NCBI GenBank assembly: GCA_964565125.1
Contig: CAZMCX010000036.1
Location: 1 to 7,422 of the forward strand
Source of the DNA: an uncultured archaeon
Lineage (GTDB): Archaea; Iainarchaeota; Iainarchaeia; Iainarchaeales; 0-14-0-20-30-16
Reading direction: 5' to 3'
DNA: 7,422 bases
Shown here piece after piece: positions 1-6,000 of the stretch. The notes below the pieces were generated by a model. That model saw nothing but the letters and a program-made list of their open reading frames with translations, had not been told where the DNA came from and did no database searches. Numbering within the stretch: the stretch's first letter is position 1; the number at the start of each line of letters is the position of its first letter. The translations under genes and the position numbers were made by a program.

Positions 1-3000
1 TTGTCGTTTACCCAAATCTTCATAGTAGAATCATCAACCACAATACAGTACTTGCTACTGCCTCTACTACTATCTCTAAATGCATTCACAATTCCATTAT
101 ATCCAACATCCAGGTAAGTTGGGCTTGGGGTGCTTATTAAGCTGCCAGTATATGACTTGTCTCCCGCACTTATTTTGTATTTCAACTTTCCTCTTTGGGT
201 TTCTAATACATCTGACCAAGATTTATTTGCGTTGGCATAGAACACTGTTGTAGCTTCCCCTGATGCTTGGCCTGTTGATTTCTTGTTGTCTGAACTTACA
301 AGCATTCCTTTTGGAACCCATAAAGCGTTTTGAGATCCGCCATTACTTGTACTGAATTTAAGTTCTCCAACTTTGCTCAAATCAGTTGTAAGCAATGCAA
401 GATATTTTATATTCTTATTATTGATAATTGTACCTTGACTCAAGTCAAATACAACACCATTCAATAGCTTGTCATTATTCTCTTTTACTTCATAGTCGCC
501 CTGGGTACCATCAACGTTCAGATCTGTAGCACTCAATTTGTCAACAACCAATTTTCCCTTGAATGTTATTGTTCTTCCGTGTGTTACAGGAAGTTCTATT
601 GGGAATTTATAGATCATTTTTGTTTTTTCTGTGCCTTCAATCATAGTTGGAACAAACACAAAGTTTCCATCATCTGATTTTTGTATTTCTACAAAGTATG
701 TCCCTGATTTATCCATTGTTTTTCCAGAAATTAATTTTATTCTCTTTGCTGTGTCTATTGTATATCCTGTCATAAAGTTGTCTGCATAGAATTCAGCACC
801 ATACTTTCCTAACATTAGGTTTGCTTTAAATAATACATTTCTCAAATTTGCAGCAGTTAGGTCACCTACTTTTCCATTGTCTCCTAATGCAGTTATAAAT
901 CTTTCAATCTCTAATGGAGTCCAAGGATCATCCGCATAGAATAGCATTACTGTCTGGCCAGTTGAGATACTCTTAGCAACATCATTCCATGTTTTGCCCC
1001 AATTAGCGCTTAGAACATCCGTCATCTTTAAATAACAAGTTGCATCACTATCAATAGATATATAATTTTGCTTTAGTGTTTTACCAGTATTTGCTTTCTT
1101 ACAAACTGTTGCACCGCTTACTTTTACATAGAATCTATTCTTATCTGGATGTTGTACTGTTCCAGTACAAGCACCAGCAGCATCTGTGAAATAACATTTT
1201 GTCATTCCTTCTACTGCACTCTTTGCACTATCTAAATCAATTTTTCCACCCTTAGCCATTGCTTCCATTGAATTTTTTAAAGAACTTAAATCATATTTGT
1301 CAGTAAGGAAGCCAACATATCCCAGTAAAGAATTTTCAGACTTTACAAATCCTTTATCTGTTTTACTTGCTGTCGCAGCTTTACTTACAATATCTTTTAC
1401 TGTTTTTGAAGCCCCTGTAAGCAATCCACTTATATCCTGGTATGCTTTATTCAAAGATGCAGTAAACTGGTATTGATCACAGAAGTATCCTTCTCCTTTG
1501 TAAGGATCTTCTTTTATCTTACAGAATCCATTACTAATAGTGTTTGGTAACCATTCATATTTCACATCAGAGTAAACCTTGTTATTCAAATATAGACCTA
1601 CATTTCCATACAAAGAATAACATTTTGTTTCTGCTTCAGATCCTGCAGTTGTTCCTGCACCACCAGTTTCTTGTTCTTCATCTTTAATCATATCAGTTGT
1701 TATTGTTCCACTACTCTTATCTGCTTTGTTATCTCCGTAAAGATTAGCAGTCAAAGTAAATTGAACTGTTTTTGTAGCTTTAGATCCAGTTTTAATTACT
1801 TTTCCTTGGAAATCAACTTTAACTTGATGTGGCCCTTTAGCTAAAACCATTGGCTTTCTAAACTTTACAGTTATTGTTTGCCCATTAGTACCCGGCACAA
1901 TTGTAACATGGATTTGTTCTACACCATCACTAGTAGGAACATCAGACTCCAAACTTCCAAAGTACTTTATTTTATCCATAGAACCAAAACAGTTCTTACT
2001 TACTTCCATTACAGTAATTGACTCGGAGATATATTCGTTGTTTGAGAACATATCGTTTTTAACATCCTCTGCAACTTTAAGCTGTTCATTTATAAAATTG
2101 CCCCATTCATCAGGTCCACAACCTGGGTCTCCTTCTAAATAATGTCCAGAAAGCTTAGCTGCAAGCCCTAACCAGTTTGCACTATCTTTAATGTAAACCA
2201 ATATTGAAGATGACTTTGGAGTATATGACAAATTATATTTAAATGTCAATAAAGCAGGCATTTTCACAAGAGCTTGTGTCTGTGCTGCAACACCTCTTAA
2301 AGCACTTAAAACATCTGTATTTCCGCTCAAAGTATCTGGGGTTTCTGGTATTTCTTTTCCAGATTTTAAAATATCTGTATTCTTTGAAAACATTACCTGG
2401 AACTTTTCAGCCATTATTCCACTATATGTTGTTGGTTCAGGAGTTCCTATTGTTTTTGCAGTAGCATAGAAAAATTCTGTTGACCCTCCCGCAGGATTTT
2501 TTGGCTGTCCAGTAATCTCATCTATCATTAATAAATTATTATATGCCACGGGCTCTGCTTTATCCATTGTTAAGCCCCTTGCATAACATTTGTTCCACAT
2601 TCTTACAGTTTTATACGCCGGTGTTAAGCCCATATCTGAAAAATCAATTGTTTTTCCGCCTTCAATTACAAAACAATCATTACTTGTCTCGTTCATGAAG
2701 TCTCTTACAATTACAGGTATTTGGCTTATTGGCATCATCAAGCCACTATTCACCCCAGCCATAATATATACTGCATATTGTCCAACTACTGAAGTTGCGC
2801 TTATCTTAAAAGATCCAGTTTGACCTGCTGCCAAGCTAATACTTGGACTCTCAATCCATAACTGAGGCATAGCTTGCAACTCAAGCTGAACAGGGAATTC
2901 ACAGGTATTTCTTATCTGCAATGCAGCCATAGATGGCAATGCAGCTCCACCGTACATCTGGTTTTGGTAGCCCATTCCAGCCCCATAGCCACCCATCATT

Positions 3001-6000
3001 TGTTGTTGTTGCATCATTTGTTGCTGCATTAAAGGGTTATAACCTTGTGTTTGGAATGCCATATTTGGGTTCATAGAATTCATTGCCCAATTGTTCTGAG
3101 CAACCGCACCAGGCCTATTTGCTAATCCTGCGCCCGTCTGAGTAAAATATGGTGTATTAAATACATTATTTCCGCCAAGCATAGAGCCTGCACCTAATGA
3201 GTTCATACCCATCATATTTCCAAATCCCTGACCTGCTCCACTGAAGCCCATCATTCCAAAGTTATTTGCATTCAATATTACAACTGGAACTCCGTTAACT
3301 TGCATTCCGCTTCCTTGGGCAGATACTACTTGTAAACATTTTTTCAAAATAGATATTACAACTTGTGCTTTAGCTTCGCCTTTTACTTCTTGTAATCCGT
3401 TGTTTGTTGGGTTCTGTGCTTTTATTCTTAAAGTTACATCAGATTTACCGCTAACAACATCACCCAATGATATGAAATCAAATGCGATTTCTGTTGTGCC
3501 TGGGGCTAAAACATTTGACGAGGTTCCTGCTTCACTAGATAATGCAACTCCTTTCTTTCCTAATTTAACACTATCTGCATAGAACTCCCCTAATACTTTT
3601 CCTTTCCATACTAATTCCATATTTGGATTATACAAGTAAACATCTTGTGCATTTGATTTACAACTATTTTCTATTTCAAATTGCATTGATGTTTTCTCTT
3701 TTTCTTTTGACATTAGAATCTGCCAGATTTCATCTTCAGTATCAGTTAATGGTTTCAACTTCAAACAATCTGTTGAATCTACTCCACCAGCCAATTTAAT
3801 ATAGAATTTCACTGGCAAGGACATATTCCATTTATAGCCCAAGCCGCTTGCTTCTAATTCTATCATCATTTTTGTTTCAAATTCTTTTGGTTCTAGTAAA
3901 TTCTTCCCCTTTGTTAATTCCGCTTTGTATTCAATACTCATTGTGTTTGTATCGTTTACTAAAAACATTCCGTCATATTTTTTCTTAAAATCAAATTTCA
4001 AGAACTCTTTGAATGCCCCATCTACAACATACAGTTTTGATATCTTCAATTTCAAAGGAGTCAAATTAGTTATATTCAATGATCCTTCTACAATATCACT
4101 TATTGATCTATCCAGGGTTATTGTCAATTCAGGAACATCAGTCATCAATATATTTTCAGAAACAATTATTTCTTGTTCTACTTTCTTATATCCTGATGCC
4201 ATTACTTGTAACATTACCTTTGTTCCAACCCCTAAAGCAGGAATATTAAATAATGCAAATCCATCATAATCCGTTTTTACTGAGCTCACTAATTTTCCTT
4301 CAATAAATAAATTTGCCAAAGCATCAGCTATTGGCTCATTTACATCAATACTTACTGCTTTTACACTTAAATTATTTTCAACATATGGAACAATTGTGCT
4401 TGGAACTATATCCAATAACAATTCCTGAGATGGTTGAACATCAACTATCAATGTTCTTTCATAAATTACTGTTCCGTCGTCTCCAGTTAAAGACAATTTT
4501 ATAATATTCTGCCCTTCTTTCATTGCCATAAACTCTAAAGTTGCAGACACACTAAAAGAAGAATTCACATTTATTGCACCAACAGAAACAGAAGTTGCTT
4601 TATTTTGTGGACTTACACTTTTTCCACCAATACTAAAGCTTTTTACTTTAAAGTCAATTCCTTTGTTAACGCTTTCTATATTCAAAGTTACATTGGAGTA
4701 TTCTTTTACAGATATACTTTTCATTATTATATCTATATTATATACACCATTCAATTTTGCAAATACATTATCAACAACTTTTTGTTTTGTTCCTTCTCCA
4801 GAAACAACAACTTCAGAACATATTGTTCCAGAACAAACTGCATTTCCCATCTTAAACAAAGTTTGGTTTGTTTTTGCATAGAAACCATCTTTATCTGCGC
4901 TTGCTGATGTTCCTAATTCAGAATCAAATGGCTCCCTCACATAAGTTGATCCTTTCTTCAACCAACTTCTATAATTTAAAGACAACAAACTCTTTTCTGC
5001 ACTTGTTGTGTTAAATACCACTTTCACTAAATAATTTCCTGGCTGAACTTTTGTTGTTGATGCTATTGCCCACAGCCCTTCTTTTGAAGTTAGGTTCTGC
5101 ATATCATCTGCAAATCCGTTTGGAGGGCTATAAGTAGTTCCCATTTTTACTGAAGCATTATAGAACTCCAAAGATTTAATATACATCTGTGATTTTTCTA
5201 GTATCAAAGCATCGTCTGCTTTAAAGAATATCCCTAATTCATCATATGCCAAACCTTCTGGAACTCTTAACAAGAAATATGCTAAATAATCAGTTCCCTG
5301 AATTATTGGCTTAGGGCTTGATTCTATCTTGCTTCCTTGCAAATCATAAACAGATATTAAATCCATTCCCAAATTTGCTGGTTTATCATAAATATATCCC
5401 ACTACTTCTTTTGCAATATCTACATTTGCTTGAACTGGCAAACTATAAAATACCGATGTATCTTTTACAATTTTTACGTATACTACCTTATCTGCTCTTA
5501 AAGTGTAATACACACTTCCAGTTTCATCAGTATACAAAGGAGCTTGGTTCAGTTTTACATCAGTAGTAATATCATAAATTGTTATTTCTGCGCCTTGTAC
5601 AGGCAAATTGTCCTTGTTTACTGCTTTTATAGTTAAATCTCCATATCCAATATTCAATTTTACAGTTATAATATTGTTTACCTTTCCACTCAAAGTTATT
5701 GGCTGTGAATCTGCTGAAAAGTTTCCTTTTACTACTTTTACATAGTAGTTCTTTCCTGCACTTAAGTTATTGAAACTCACTCCGCCAGCAACATCTGTTG
5801 TTTTTGTTAGCAATAAAGCTTGCTTGTCAACAGTAAATAACTGAACAGAAGCATTGTAAACAGGCTCATTATCAGTTCCATTTACTAACACCACCAATTC
5901 CGGGCTCTGTTTTATTGGCTTTAAAGTTACTGTGTATACACTTTCAGAAGCAAACAAATTATCCACTTCTTCAAGCATAAAATTTTCTGCATCTATTACA

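Noticed and set aside
1-1100. Diversity-generating-retroelement variable region or C-type-lectin target domain near the C-terminal end
   Set aside because: I noticed no template or variable repeat pair within the window. There is no FGE/CLec-type terminal motif and no reverse transcriptase gene. The true C-terminus lies outside the window, so this can only be tested on an extended contig.
2243-2823. + strand track ORFs 2243..2464 (73 aa) and 2590..2823 (77 aa)
   Set aside because: Both lie entirely inside and antisense to the 2,398-codon minus-strand frame. Their translations are L/F/Y/I/S-rich strings, as expected from reading K/E/N/D-rich codons backwards. I saw no SD-like sequence upstream of either, and they fall in well-structured domain-coding parts of the giant gene.
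3400-4504. + strand track ORFs 3400..3582 (60 aa), 3925..4269 (114 aa) and 4313..4504 (63 aa)
   Set aside because: These have the same antisense-shadow character. Their lengths are within what is expected opposite a long ORF, where stop codons on the antisense strand are depleted. They have no recognisable motifs and no start context.
4605-5566. + strand track ORFs 4605..4907 (100 aa), 4663..4881 (72 aa) and 5318..5566 (82 aa)
   Set aside because: The first two overlap each other in different frames and all three overlap the giant CDS, so at most one frame here can be real. The minus frame is the one that continues for 7.2 kb. The + translations are low-complexity (runs of F, Y, I, L, C).
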